From: an uncultured delta proteobacterium
GTDB lineage: Bacteria; Myxococcota_A; Polyangia; Polyangiales; B10-G4
DNA: 64,000 nt
Reading direction: 5' to 3'
Assembly: GCA_963727445.1 (NCBI GenBank)
Contig: CAVSGI010000020.1
Span: 224,001 to 288,000, forward strand
Position numbers and translations under genes: made by a program. Below, in pieces: positions 32,497-42,302 of the stretch (position 1 is its first letter; each line of letters begins with the position of its first letter). A model generated the notes under the pieces. That model worked only from the letters and a program-made list of their open reading frames with translations, made no database searches and was not told the origin of the DNA.

Positions 32497-33308
32497 CAGC
32501 CTTCCTCGCCCTCGGGCGCCATCGGCACCGGCGCGAGGTCCGGCGGGATCCGCACGTGGAAGTGGAAACGATGCAGGTCGTTGTGCCCCTGCATGGCCCG
32601 GCCGAACTCCGAATGCCAGCCCTGCGCGTCGTACCAACGCTCGAAGCGCGCCTGCACGTCGTCGTCGTTGTAGTAGATACGCACCCGCCCGTCGGCGCAG
32701 GTCGCGAGGATCTTCGCGAGCGTCAGCACACGCGCACGATGCATTCGCCGCTGAAGCGGCGTGAGCTCCGCGTAGTTCTCGACGAACTCGTGCGAGCCCA
32801 GGTTCTCCACTTCCATCGCTCCGGGGAGGTAGAGGTCGATGTCGACGCCGTCGTCGTGCGAGTTGTGCCGTGGCCCGGGTGCGTCGAGGTCGCCGATGGC
32901 GAGGGTCTCGCCGGGAAACTGGCGCGCGTACTCGTCGGCTACCGCGAGCGCGAGGCTCACCAGGGCGGGACGAGCGCTGCGACTGTCGGCCGTCGTGTTG
33001 CGCCAGATGGTGAAGGTGTGACCCACGGCGCGAGGCTCCGGCATCTGCCATCGGCAGCTGGGGTAGGGCCGGCCCGCGTCGCACCCGTTGGTGTGTGCGA
33101 TCGCGACGCGCGGCACTCTGCAGCGGATCTCGTCCTCGGGCATCGGCGGCAGCGGCGGAGGCAGCTCCGTCGGCGCGGTCGTGAGCGCGGGCTCGGGGCG
33201 CGTGGCGGCATGTGCGGGGGCGGGGGCGGTGGCCATCCGCTCCGCCCAGAGAAACCCGGGAGCAAAGAGGGCCGCCAGAAATACGGCGAGCTTCACGCCC
33301 CGTGACAT
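32496..33308 (-). CDS. MepA-like (LAS) murein endopeptidase
   Basis: IGDL...HNSHDDGVDID and HRFHFHVRI zinc motifs; signal peptide. Confidence 0.7.
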   Translation of the reverse strand: MSRGVKLAVFLAALFAPGFLWAERMATAPAPAHAATRPEPALTTAPTELPPPLPPMPEDEIRCRVPRVAIAHTNGCDAGRPYPSCRWQMPEPRAVGHTFTIWRNTTADSRSARPALVSLALAVADEYARQFPGETLAIGDLDAPGPRHNSHDDGVDIDLYLPGAMEVENLGSHEFVENYAELTPLQRRMHRARVLTLAKILATCADGRVRIYYNDDDVQARFERWYDAQGWHSEFGRAMQGHNDLHRFHFHVRIPPDLAPVPMAPEGEEG

Positions 33309-33353
33309 CCCCCGGATCTTACCGATCCCAAAGGCCCCGCGGCCAAAAAGCCG

Positions 33354-34223
33354 TCATCCCTCGTCAGGAGTCGGTTCGCCCGACCACCAGCGGCCGTTCG
33401 ACAGCACGAAGCGGGTCGGGCCGGGGATCCGCTGCTCCGGCACCGGATGGCCGGGCGCACCGGGAAGGAGCAGCGACCACTTTCCACCCTCGTCCGAAAA
33501 CACGGGCTCGACCACCGGCGGCGTTCGCTCCGAGGCCTCGCGGATCACTTCGTCGATGTCCGTGAAGAGCGCCAGCATCTCGAGGCTTCGCATCGTGGGC
33601 GGAGGCAGCTGGATCTCGCCGCGCGATTCGCGCGCGAGCGCTTCGGAGGGTCGAAGCCATGCGCTCTCGGTGGTCTCGCGTTGGTCGTGGGCAGCGAGCT
33701 GTCCTTCGGGAGCGCGCGCCAAGAAGAAACGCGCGTCGTACCGCCGCGGCTCCACCACGGGTGTCACCCATCGCGTCCACGGTGTGAGTCGCGTCAGATC
33801 GAGGACGGCGCCCAGCCCTTCGATCACCCGAGCGAAGGGGGCGCCGCCTTCGAGCGTCGCGCGCGCCTTGTCGAGCGCCGCGATGTCCACGTCCTCTGCG
33901 AGGAGCACGCCGGCCTCCTCGAAGGTCTCGCGGACGGCAGCGACGTACAGACCGACGGCGCGCTGGGGGTCGGCGGGCTCACCCAGCGCTCGGGCCGCGT
34001 CCTGTTCCGATAGGCCCGAGGTGCGTTCGAGGATCTCGGGTGCCGAGTCCTCGGCGTCGAGCTTGCCCCCGGGGAAGACGTAGGCCCCTCCCATGAAGGC
34101 GCTGTTCTTGTGGCGCTTCACCATGAAGACGGAGAATTCCTCGTCTTCTTCCCGCAGAACGACCACCGTCGCCGCGTCGCGGGGCGCCGCGGGCTCTCGA
34201 TCGGGCTCGATCTCGAGGGCCAT
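33354..34223 (-). CDS. NUDIX hydrolase (NUDT19-like)
   Basis: AATVV, VFPGGKLD, AAVRETFEEAG, WVTP..RRYDARFF. Confidence 0.88.
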   Translation of the reverse strand: MALEIEPDREPAAPRDAATVVVLREEDEEFSVFMVKRHKNSAFMGGAYVFPGGKLDAEDSAPEILERTSGLSEQDAARALGEPADPQRAVGLYVAAVRETFEEAGVLLAEDVDIAALDKARATLEGGAPFARVIEGLGAVLDLTRLTPWTRWVTPVVEPRRYDARFFLARAPEGQLAAHDQRETTESAWLRPSEALARESRGEIQLPPPTMRSLEMLALFTDIDEVIREASERTPPVVEPVFSDEGGKWSLLLPGAPGHPVPEQRIPGPTRFVLSNGRWWSGEPTPDEG

Positions 34224-34240
34224 GGGCAGGGGCCCGGGGC

Positions 34241-35074
34241 TCAGTCCTTGTGCAGGACGCGGGTGGTCGGCACGCCGATGGCGGTGGCCAGACGGGCGAT
34301 GGTCTCGAGGGAGGGGGTGTGCCTCCCCGCCTCGACCCGGGCGATGTTGGGCCGATGAATTCCGGTGCGCCGGGCCAGCTCGGCCTGGGTGAGGCCGGCC
34401 TCGAGGCGCAGCTCGCGGATGCGCTTGCCCAGCCGCTCGCCGTCGACGGGAATGCGACCGTTGCCGCTGTCGCCTTCGCGAATGCGTCGCGCCACGTCGG
34501 CGGCGTCGAGCGCGAGCTCGCGTCCGCTGTCGAAGGCGAGCGATGCGCTGCGCGCATCTTCCGAGATCTCGATGCTGGTGATCGCCGAGGAGTCGTCGGC
34601 TTCGTCGAGGGGGCGCGCGATGAGCGCGGAGCGTCCGTCTCCGAGGATCGCGAGCAGCTCGCCCGGTCGCGGAGACAGCGTCACGAACTCGAAGCGGTAG
34701 GCGCGATCCTTGTCGAGCTGTCGCGAGAGCAGCTGGCAGATGCGCGCGACGTCGCCATCGCTCCGAGCGATGAGGCCGGGACACATCTCTTCGAGGAGGT
34801 CGTCGACTTCTTCGGCGTCCGAGTCGCGCTGCACCGCGACGCGACCACCCATGGCGCGAGCGAAGCCGACCGCGGAGAGGAGCTCGTCCTCGTCGTTTTC
34901 ATAACGCTTCGACGCGGCGTCGAAGATGATCGCCTGACCGCGCTGCATCGCGGAGGCGAGAGCGGACGGTTTGGTCACCGTCGGCTCGAGCGCGAACTGC
35001 GCGCACGCGGGACCCCAGACGGGCTCGAAGCCCGCACGGTCGGTGATCAGCAGCACGTTCGCACTCGACATCAT
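34241..35074 (-). CDS. XRE-family HTH regulator with unknown N-terminal domains
   Basis: C-terminal LGKRIRELRLEAGLTQAELARRTGIHRPNIARVEAG. Confidence 0.85.
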   Translation of the reverse strand: MMSSANVLLITDRAGFEPVWGPACAQFALEPTVTKPSALASAMQRGQAIIFDAASKRYENDEDELLSAVGFARAMGGRVAVQRDSDAEEVDDLLEEMCPGLIARSDGDVARICQLLSRQLDKDRAYRFEFVTLSPRPGELLAILGDGRSALIARPLDEADDSSAITSIEISEDARSASLAFDSGRELALDAADVARRIREGDSGNGRIPVDGERLGKRIRELRLEAGLTQAELARRTGIHRPNIARVEAGRHTPSLETIARLATAIGVPTTRVLHKD

Positions 35075-35510
35075 CCCTCCAACCGAAAACGAGAATCAGA
35101 TGTATATCAGAGCCGAACGTTCGCTCAAGGGTGTTCCATCGACCAGTGGATTGACGGCGTGCTTGGTGATCGCGTCGTCGTGCCCGACGCTTTGGCGTCA
35201 GCGTGGATGTTTGCACGGGTGGGTGGTGTGCGAAAATCGCACCGCGCAGTGTGGCACAACGCGCACCCTCGCCCGATCGCGCTGCGTGGCACACACGTTC
35301 GCGACGGATTGAATCAGCCAGCGAGCACGCTCAGCCATCCTCTGCCTCCCGAATCGGCAGGGGGCCTGAGCCATGGCCGCACGTCCTCTGGCCACGGGTG
35401 GCGGGATCCCGGTTGACACCCCCTGGGCCCCCTGCTACCTGCTCGCTCCCCCCGGAAGCGGTTTTTCGGGGGATTTCGTATCTATAGACGGCTCTCTTCG
35501 GGAGGCGGGT

Positions 35511-36452
35511 GTGTTCAAATCGATTTGCATCTTCTCGGGCAATGCACACGCCGAGCTTGCGGAGAGCATCGCGAGCTACCTCGAGGTGCCCCTGGGCCGT
35601 GCGCGTGTGTCGCGCTTCTCCGACGGTGAGGTCTTCACCGAGATCAAGGAGAACGTCCGCGGGGTGGACGTCTACGTGATCCAGCCCACGGCGCCGCCGG
35701 TCAACGACAACCTGATGGAGTTGCTCGTGATGATCGACGCACTCAAGCGCGCATCCGCTGGTTCCATCACCGCGGTCATCCCCTATTACGGTTACGCGCG
35801 GCAGGATCGGAAGGTCGCTCCGCGGACGCCGATCACCGCCAAGCTGGTGGCCGACCTCTTGAGTGGTGCGGGCGCCGACCGCGTGGTGTCGATGGACCTC
35901 CACGCAGGGCAGATTCAGGGCTTCTTCAACGTGCCCTTCGATCACCTCTACGCGATGCCGGTCTTCCTCGAGTACCTCCAGCCGAAGTTCCCGACGCCGC
36001 CGGTCATGGTCAGCCCCGATGCCGGGGGCGTGGAGCGGACGCGCGCCTACGCCAAGCGCCTCAAGGCGGACCTCGCCATCATCGACAAGCGTCGCGAGAA
36101 GGCGAACGTCAGCGAGGTCATGCACATCATCGGTGAGGTCGAGGGTCGCGACTGCGTCCTGCTCGACGACATGATCGACACCGCGGGCACCATGACCACC
36201 GCGGCTCGGGTCCTGATGGAGAGGGGTGCCAAGAGCGTGTGCGCCGCCGCCACCCACGGCGTCCTCAGCGGTCCGGCCATCGACCGCATCCTCGATTCGC
36301 CCTTGAGCGAGGTGATCGTGACGGACACGATCCCGCTCCCCGGTCCCGCCGCGGAATCGGGGAAGTTCAAGGTGCTCTCGGTCGCGCGCATCCTCGGCGA
36401 GGCGATCAAGCGGATCCACAACAGCGACTCGGTGAGCTCGCTGTTCGTTTGA
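35511..36452 (+). CDS. prs: Ribose-phosphate pyrophosphokinase
   Basis: [44 protein letters not shown]. Confidence 0.96.
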   Translation: MFKSICIFSGNAHAELAESIASYLEVPLGRARVSRFSDGEVFTEIKENVRGVDVYVIQPTAPPVNDNLMELLVMIDALKRASAGSITAVIPYYGYARQDRKVAPRTPITAKLVADLLSGAGADRVVSMDLHAGQIQGFFNVPFDHLYAMPVFLEYLQPKFPTPPVMVSPDAGGVERTRAYAKRLKADLAIIDKRREKANVSEVMHIIGEVEGRDCVLLDDMIDTAGTMTTAARVLMERGAKSVCAAATHGVLSGPAIDRILDSPLSEVIVTDTIPLPGPAAESGKFKVLSVARILGEAIKRIHNSDSVSSLFV

Positions 36453-36471
36453 CGAATAGGAAACGATAGAA

Positions 36472-37098
36472 ATGGAAAAGCAGACGCTACAGGTTGAGGT
36501 CCGCGAGACGAGCGGAAAGGGGCCAGCGCGTCAGCTTCGTGCCCAGGGCAAGATCCCTGCCGTGTTCTACGGCGCGGGCGTGGATACGACGAAGCTGTCC
36601 CTGTCTCCGAAGGCTCTTCTCAAGGCCCTCGAGACCCCCCAAAAGCAGAACGTGGTGCTCTCGCTGGATGTCGGCGGCACCGCGCATCTGGCCATGGTCA
36701 AGGACATCGCGGTTCACCCCGTGACGCGCCAGCCGCTTCACGTGGACCTCTACAAGGTCACGGAGGACCGGCCGGTCGATGTTCACGTGCCGGTGGCCAC
36801 CAAGGGACGCCCGGTTGGCGTGCAGAAGGGCGGCCAGCTCCAGGTCGTCTTCCGCGACCTGCCGGTCAGGACCACCCCGAACAGGATCCCGTCCGTCATC
36901 GAGATCGACGTGGCCAACATGGACATCGGCGACATCCTCACGGTGGCGGATCTCCCGCTCGACGAGGGCGTCTCGGTCCAGTTCAAGCCCGATCGCCGGG
37001 TCGTCCTGGTGACCGAGCCCAAGCGGGTGGTCGAGGAGAAGACCGACGAGGCAGAGGCCGCGGGCGGTGCTGCACCGGCCGCGCCGGCTGCGGGCTGA
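36472..37098 (+). CDS. rplY: 50S ribosomal protein L25 (CTC form)
   Basis: GKGPARQLR..GKIPAVFYG, HPVT..PLHVD. Confidence 0.94.
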   Translation: MEKQTLQVEVRETSGKGPARQLRAQGKIPAVFYGAGVDTTKLSLSPKALLKALETPQKQNVVLSLDVGGTAHLAMVKDIAVHPVTRQPLHVDLYKVTEDRPVDVHVPVATKGRPVGVQKGGQLQVVFRDLPVRTTPNRIPSVIEIDVANMDIGDILTVADLPLDEGVSVQFKPDRRVVLVTEPKRVVEEKTDEAEAAGGAAPAAPAAG

Positions 37099-37113
37099 TC
37101 CCGGAGCGTCTCG

Positions 37114-37710
37114 GTGCACCTCGTCGCCGGCCTCGGGAATCCGGGGACGAAATACGCCGGCAATCGTCACAACGTCGGCTTCATGGTGGTCGACGCCCTG
37201 GCTGACCGCTGGTCCGCGCCTGCTCTCCGCGACAAGTTCAAAGGAGAGTTCGCGAAGGCGGACTTCGGCGGCCGGGACGTCGTGCTGCTCAAGCCGATGA
37301 CCTACATGAACCTGAGCGGAGAGTCCGTTCAGCCGGCCATGAAGTTCTTCAAGGTCGCCCTCGGCGGCGTGGTCGTCGTCCACGACGAGCTGGACCTGCC
37401 TTTCGGCGAGGTGCGCATCAAGGTGGGAGGCGGCGCCGCGGGCCACAACGGGCTCAAGAGCATCATCCAGCACGGGGGTGGCAACGGCTTCGTGCGGGTG
37501 CGGGTCGGCATCGGCCGGCCGCGCTCGGGTGCAGTGGAGGGGTACGTCCTCAGTGATTTCGCGGCGATCGAGCGGGCGGAGCTCCCCGACGTCCTCGACC
37601 GAGCGGCCCTCGCGGTGGAGGGCATCCTCCGCGACGGGCCTCAGAAAGCCATGAACCGGCTTCACGCCAAGAAGAAGAGCAAGGCGGAAAAGGCCGAGGG
37701 CGCTGGCTGA
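37114..37710 (+). CDS. pth: Peptidyl-tRNA hydrolase
   Basis: GLGNPG, RHNVGF, KPMTYMNLSG, HDELD, GHNGLKS. Confidence 0.96.
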   Translation: MHLVAGLGNPGTKYAGNRHNVGFMVVDALADRWSAPALRDKFKGEFAKADFGGRDVVLLKPMTYMNLSGESVQPAMKFFKVALGGVVVVHDELDLPFGEVRIKVGGGAAGHNGLKSIIQHGGGNGFVRVRVGIGRPRSGAVEGYVLSDFAAIERAELPDVLDRAALAVEGILRDGPQKAMNRLHAKKKSKAEKAEGAG

Positions 37711-37788
37711 CCCCGAAGGAACCTGCTAAACGACCCGCCTTCCTCGCTCCGGCCACCCGCCGGGGCCGAAAGTCCAGGAGGACACGAC

Positions 37789-38463
37789 ATGACTCAGCTA
37801 GCAGCGAGCGGCTCCGCCCGCCCGCGATTTCACGAATACGAGACCATCTACATCCTGAAGCCCACCACGCCCCCCAGCGATGCGGAGAAGGTGTCGGGTC
37901 GGGTGCAGGAGGTCGTCGCGCGACTCGGCGGGACGATCGTTCAGGTCGACAACTGGGGCAAGCGCCGGCTCGCCTATCTCATCGAGAAGAACAGCCGCGG
38001 CATCTTCGTCTACGTCCGCTACGTGGGGAAGAACGACCTGGTGGCCGAGCTCGAGCGCAACCTGCGCCTCCTCGATCCGGTGCTCCGTTATCAGACGATC
38101 AAGGTTCAGGACGGCGTCGACCCGAGCGGCTACGCGGTCGATCCCGAAGAGGTGAAGTTCGTCGCGGTGGAGATCACCGAGGACGAGGACGAGGACGAGG
38201 ACGACCGCCTGGGTCTGAGTGGCTCCGACGACTCCGACGATTCGGACGACGACTCCGACGATTCGGATGACGACTCCGACGATTCGGATGACGACTCCGA
38301 CGACTCGGACGACTCGGACGACTCGGATTCGGGCGACGATTCCGACGACGCGGGCTCGGACGATTCGGACGATTCGGACTCGGACGACGACTCGGACGAC
38401 TCGGGCGACTCGGATTCGGATGACGACTCCGACGACGACAGCAAGGGTGGCGACGATGAGTGA
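37789..38463 (+). CDS. rpsF: 30S ribosomal protein S6 with long Asp/Ser-rich tail
   Basis: [27 protein letters not shown]. Confidence 0.93.
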   Translation: MTQLAASGSARPRFHEYETIYILKPTTPPSDAEKVSGRVQEVVARLGGTIVQVDNWGKRRLAYLIEKNSRGIFVYVRYVGKNDLVAELERNLRLLDPVLRYQTIKVQDGVDPSGYAVDPEEVKFVAVEITEDEDEDEDDRLGLSGSDDSDDSDDDSDDSDDDSDDSDDDSDDSDDSDDSDSGDDSDDAGSDDSDDSDSDDDSDDSGDSDSDDDSDDDSKGGDDE

Positions 38464-38767
38464 TCTCAAGCTTTCGAAGTCCGGCGCCGAGAAGGGCGCC
38501 ATCGTGCGCGAGGCGCGTTCCGATGCCGATCCGCTCGGCCTTCGCCGCAAGCGCGGCGGCAAGAAGCGTGCGCCCTCCTTCACCCAGGAGCCCGGGTTCA
38601 ACTTCGACTACAAGGACCCGCAGCAGCTCCGCTACTTCATCACCGAGCGTGGGAAGATCGTTCCCCGGCGCATCAGCGGCCTGACCGCGAAGCAGCAGCG
38701 GGAGCTCACCCTCGCCATCAAGCGTGCGCGCAACATCGCGCTCCTGCCCTACACCGCGACGAAGTGA
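38456..38767 (+). CDS. rpsR: 30S ribosomal protein S18 (Cys-free form)
   Basis: [31 protein letters not shown]. Confidence 0.95.
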   Translation: MSDLKLSKSGAEKGAIVREARSDADPLGLRRKRGGKKRAPSFTQEPGFNFDYKDPQQLRYFITERGKIVPRRISGLTAKQQRELTLAIKRARNIALLPYTATK

Positions 38768-38774
38768 GAAGAAG

Positions 38775-39236
38775 ATGGCTACCAACATCCAGGTCGTCCT
38801 TCGCGAGGACGTAGACAACCTCGGGACGTCCGGGCAGATCGTGAAGGTCCGCCCGGGCTACGCCCGCAACTACCTGATCCCCCGGGGCAAGGCCGTCATG
38901 GCCACGCGCGCCAACCTCGCCCAGGCGGAGCATGAGCGTCGTCTCGCGCTCGGCCGGCTCGAGAAGGAGCGTCAGGCGGCGGAGGAGCAGGCGAAGATCG
39001 TCAAGGGCCTGACGGTTCAGATCGCCAAGGAGGCCGGCGAAGAGGGCAAGCTCTTCGGTTCGGTCACCGCGCAGGAGGTCGTCGAGGCTCTGGCGCGCAA
39101 GGACGTGACCATCGACCGCAAGAAGATCATCATGCCCGACGAAGCGATCAAGAAGACGGGCGACTACGAGCTCTTCGTGAAGTTCCCCGCCGGCGTGAAG
39201 GCCCCCTTCGGCCTCACCGTCGTGACCAAGTCCTGA
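38775..39236 (+). CDS. rplI: 50S ribosomal protein L9
   Basis: VKVRPGYARNYLIP, GKLFGSVT. Confidence 0.96.
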   Translation: MATNIQVVLREDVDNLGTSGQIVKVRPGYARNYLIPRGKAVMATRANLAQAEHERRLALGRLEKERQAAEEQAKIVKGLTVQIAKEAGEEGKLFGSVTAQEVVEALARKDVTIDRKKIIMPDEAIKKTGDYELFVKFPAGVKAPFGLTVVTKS

Positions 39237-39257
39237 ATCGGATCGGTCGTGTCGCAC

Positions 39258-39298
39258 GAGCCCGCTCGGCCCCGGCCGAGCGGGCTCTTCGCATTTGT
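39258..39298 (+). terminator. Putative intrinsic terminator after rplI
   Basis: Perfect GC-rich inverted repeat GAGCCCGCTCGGC/GCCGAGCGGGCTC; weak T tail. Confidence 0.6.
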
Positions 39299-39315
39299 GG
39301 TCCCATATCGGTGGG

Positions 39316-40686
39316 ATGACGTCCTGTGATTGCGCGAAGTTGACGGCGCACCCGATCGAGCGGGTGGATCAGGCACCGACGGGCACGGCGCTGGATGCGA
39401 TTATCGAGCGTTCCGAGAGGGTCGCCTTCGAGCGCTTCCGGTGGCGCTCGGTTTATCGCTGCCGCGCGTGCGGGCAGCTCTGGGGGGAGCACGCGTGGTC
39501 ATCCGGGCCGATGGACGTGTTCTATCTCTTTCCGATCGAGACCGATGACCCGGTCCGTTGGGCAAGAGAGTCGGAGGACGCGCTGGACCCGCCGGCGCGG
39601 GGACGGGCGAACCGGAAGAAGAGGAGGAAGAAACGGGCGAAGTACGAAGAGGCGGCGGCACCTTCGTCCGAGCTCGGAAAGCCCTCGGAGCCGACGACGC
39701 TGGGGATCACCGAAGAGAACATTCCCGCGAATCCCGACAAGCCCCACCACCGACCTCTGGTTCGGGTGCCCATCGTCACGCCCTTCGCGCAGCTCGAGCG
39801 GCCGACCGGGATGGTCCGACACGACGGGGCGGGGATGAACGTGCTCGGGCCGGTGCGGAGGGTGATCTTCGGGCCCGGAGCAGAACGCTTCGCTTTCGTC
39901 GTGGGTTCGTCCCACGTGGCGGTGGCCGACGATACCCTCGAGCGAGTGCTGGTGGTCGCGTCCTTCGACGCGAATCGGCAGCCCGTACGGTCCCTCGGCT
40001 TCGATACGTCGGGCGGGGTGCTCGCGATCGGGACGGGTGCCGCGTACGAAGTGCGTGACGTTGGCCCTGTCGCGCACGGATGTGGGTGGAGCGCCCGCCG
40101 CGTGAGCGACGGCGAGGTTCTCGAAGCGCACGAGACCGAGGAGCCGGTCGAGGAGCTCTCGCCGGCTTTCGCTCATGGCGATCGAGCACCTCTCGACGTG
40201 ACCGAGCACGAAGCGGATGGACTCGTGTTGAAGTGGGGCGCGAGGAGCGGCGACATTCTCTCGACCTGGCGCGAGGGGCATCGCATCGGCGAATTGGTGG
40301 TGGAGAGCTGGGCCGAAGAGCCGCCGCGCATCGACAGCGGAGGCCGGCGCGTCTGGACCTTCGCTCACGGGCGCACCACGGTGTTCGACGTCGCGAGCGG
40401 TGCCGTGCTCTTTCACGGGGCAGAGCCACCGGCGGAGCTGAGCCCGCCCGAGCGGGATGAACGCCGCGGCCTGCGCGTGCGCGATCGAGAGACGAAGGTC
40501 GCCGCGTTGGGCGCGCAGATCACCGTGCGCGCGACGCGGCACGCGCTCGCGATCTACCGCGGCGCCGACCGGCGTCCCGCGGCGTGGGCCAGGGTCCACA
40601 CCCAGGTCCTGGCGCTCTCCGAAGACGAGCGCTTCCTCGTCGCCGGTGGGCCGCGCCGCTATCTGGTCTTCGACCTCGCGGGCTGA
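39316..40686 (+). CDS. Hypothetical protein (N-terminal Cys cluster, beta-propeller-like C-terminus)
   Basis: CDC and CRAC motifs; WD40-like strands such as VLALSEDERFLVAG. Confidence 0.5.
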   Translation: MTSCDCAKLTAHPIERVDQAPTGTALDAIIERSERVAFERFRWRSVYRCRACGQLWGEHAWSSGPMDVFYLFPIETDDPVRWARESEDALDPPARGRANRKKRRKKRAKYEEAAAPSSELGKPSEPTTLGITEENIPANPDKPHHRPLVRVPIVTPFAQLERPTGMVRHDGAGMNVLGPVRRVIFGPGAERFAFVVGSSHVAVADDTLERVLVVASFDANRQPVRSLGFDTSGGVLAIGTGAAYEVRDVGPVAHGCGWSARRVSDGEVLEAHETEEPVEELSPAFAHGDRAPLDVTEHEADGLVLKWGARSGDILSTWREGHRIGELVVESWAEEPPRIDSGGRRVWTFAHGRTTVFDVASGAVLFHGAEPPAELSPPERDERRGLRVRDRETKVAALGAQITVRATRHALAIYRGADRRPAAWARVHTQVLALSEDERFLVAGGPRRYLVFDLAG

Positions 40687-40916
40687 GCCCTCAGCGGTAT
40701 TCGGGTGTGGGGAGCATCGACACAATCGTGTTCGGCCTGGCGGACGAAGCTCCCGAGATGGAGGGCGACGTCCGGGCGACCGCGGGGCGAGGGGGCGACG
40801 AGGCGCGCGTCCCCTCCGAGGCTGTCGAAGCGGGCGACGAGGTCGTCGCCAAAGTGTGCGCTGAAGGCGTTCGGGCGGCGCTGGGAGCGCTCGCCCGCGT
40901 CTGTCATCCTGCCAGC

Positions 40917-42122
40917 ATGAGGGGAGCACTGGGAGCTCTGGTCCTCGTCGTCGCGTGCGGGGGATCGTCAGCGGGGTCGCAAAGCGCTGCGCCGACCCAG
41001 CGGCAGGTGGCGCCTGCGCCTGCGCCACCATCCGCACGAGCGCCTCAGACAGAGGAAGCCGAAGCGGAGCCCGCCGCGCCCGAAGGGTGTCGCGAGGAGA
41101 TGCGGGCGCAGATCGCCGCGGATGGCGCGAGCCTGCGCGTGCGTTGCGCAGCGGTCGCAAACTACGAGGCGTGCGTGGACGCGGAGCTGAGCTGCCGCGG
41201 CTCGGATGCGCAGCCACCTCAGCGCAACGCGAGCGGCCGGTACTACTTCGTGGCGACCGATGAAGAGGGGCTCACAGCGAACGAGGGGCTCCGGGGCGCG
41301 TGGCTTTTCATGAGGACGAGGTCCCAGGACGAGAGCTTCTTCGGCGGAGAGCCGACGCCCGAGTGGGTGACGCAGCTCGTCGAGCGCGCTTCCGAAGGCC
41401 TCGACGACCTGAGCTACGAAGAGGAGGGGCGAGCCCGCGACGCGCGAGCGAGGGAGCTCTGTCGAGACGAGGCGCTCGTGCCCGAGGCGTTCCGTCGCGG
41501 TGCTCGCTTCGAAGTCCTCGGCAGCCGGGGCTGGCGCCGCGCGCGCGTCGGCGCGTGCAGGATCGTGTCGTCCGGTCACGATGCCTATCTGGCCCTTCGC
41601 CTGAACGGAGCGCCGCGCGGCGCCCTCGTCGTGCGCCTGCCTTCCGAGGCGGAGTCGGAGTCGGGCGAGGACCGCATGACACGTCCGGCACCGATGACCG
41701 AGCCCGAAGGGGAGGCGCTCGCACATGCCCGAGCGGAGATCGCCCGGCTCCGCCTCGCGCCCGACGCGGAGATCGAGGCGAGGCATCTGGGGCTCCTCGC
41801 GCTCACTGGCGAGCGCTCGCTCCTGTACCTGGGGCAACCGCTGCTCGAGGAGGGCTCCCACGACGAGTGCGTGACGGCCGGCGCCTGCGCGACCGCGCTC
41901 CTTCTCTACGATCCCGAGGGTGAGACGAGCGAGGCGCTCCTCGCCCCGGATACCGCGCAGGTCTCCGGCAACTGGTCGATCCTGGGGGTGGTTCGGATCG
42001 GCGACGAAGAAGGCGTGCTCCTTCGTTACGACGACCTCGGTCAGGAGGAGATCGCGATCATGACGGTCGGTACGGGCGGCCGCGTTCACGGCCAGACGCT
42101 CCACTACTTCATGGGCGGCTGA
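40917..42122 (+). CDS. Hypothetical lipoprotein
   Basis: Lipobox VVAC, Pro/Ala linker. Confidence 0.6.
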   Translation: MRGALGALVLVVACGGSSAGSQSAAPTQRQVAPAPAPPSARAPQTEEAEAEPAAPEGCREEMRAQIAADGASLRVRCAAVANYEACVDAELSCRGSDAQPPQRNASGRYYFVATDEEGLTANEGLRGAWLFMRTRSQDESFFGGEPTPEWVTQLVERASEGLDDLSYEEEGRARDARARELCRDEALVPEAFRRGARFEVLGSRGWRRARVGACRIVSSGHDAYLALRLNGAPRGALVVRLPSEAESESGEDRMTRPAPMTEPEGEALAHARAEIARLRLAPDAEIEARHLGLLALTGERSLLYLGQPLLEEGSHDECVTAGACATALLLYDPEGETSEALLAPDTAQVSGNWSILGVVRIGDEEGVLLRYDDLGQEEIAIMTVGTGGRVHGQTLHYFMGG

Positions 42123-42302
42123 GCCGTAGAGCGCATCCGGTCGTCAGTCCCGAGGCGATCCGTCCGTCGACCACGTGTCCCCAGCGATCTGCGACCATCC
42201 ACAGGGTTCGCCCATGCAAATCACAGCAATTCGCAGACTTTCCACAGCTCCTCCACTTGCACGGGACAGGGGTTGTCGACACGCTGGAATCCCTTTTCGG
42301 AG

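Noticed and set aside
35075..35510. tRNA upstream of prs
   Set aside because: No cloverleaf or T-loop GTTCRA found; only a TTGACA with a poor -10 and a weak hairpin
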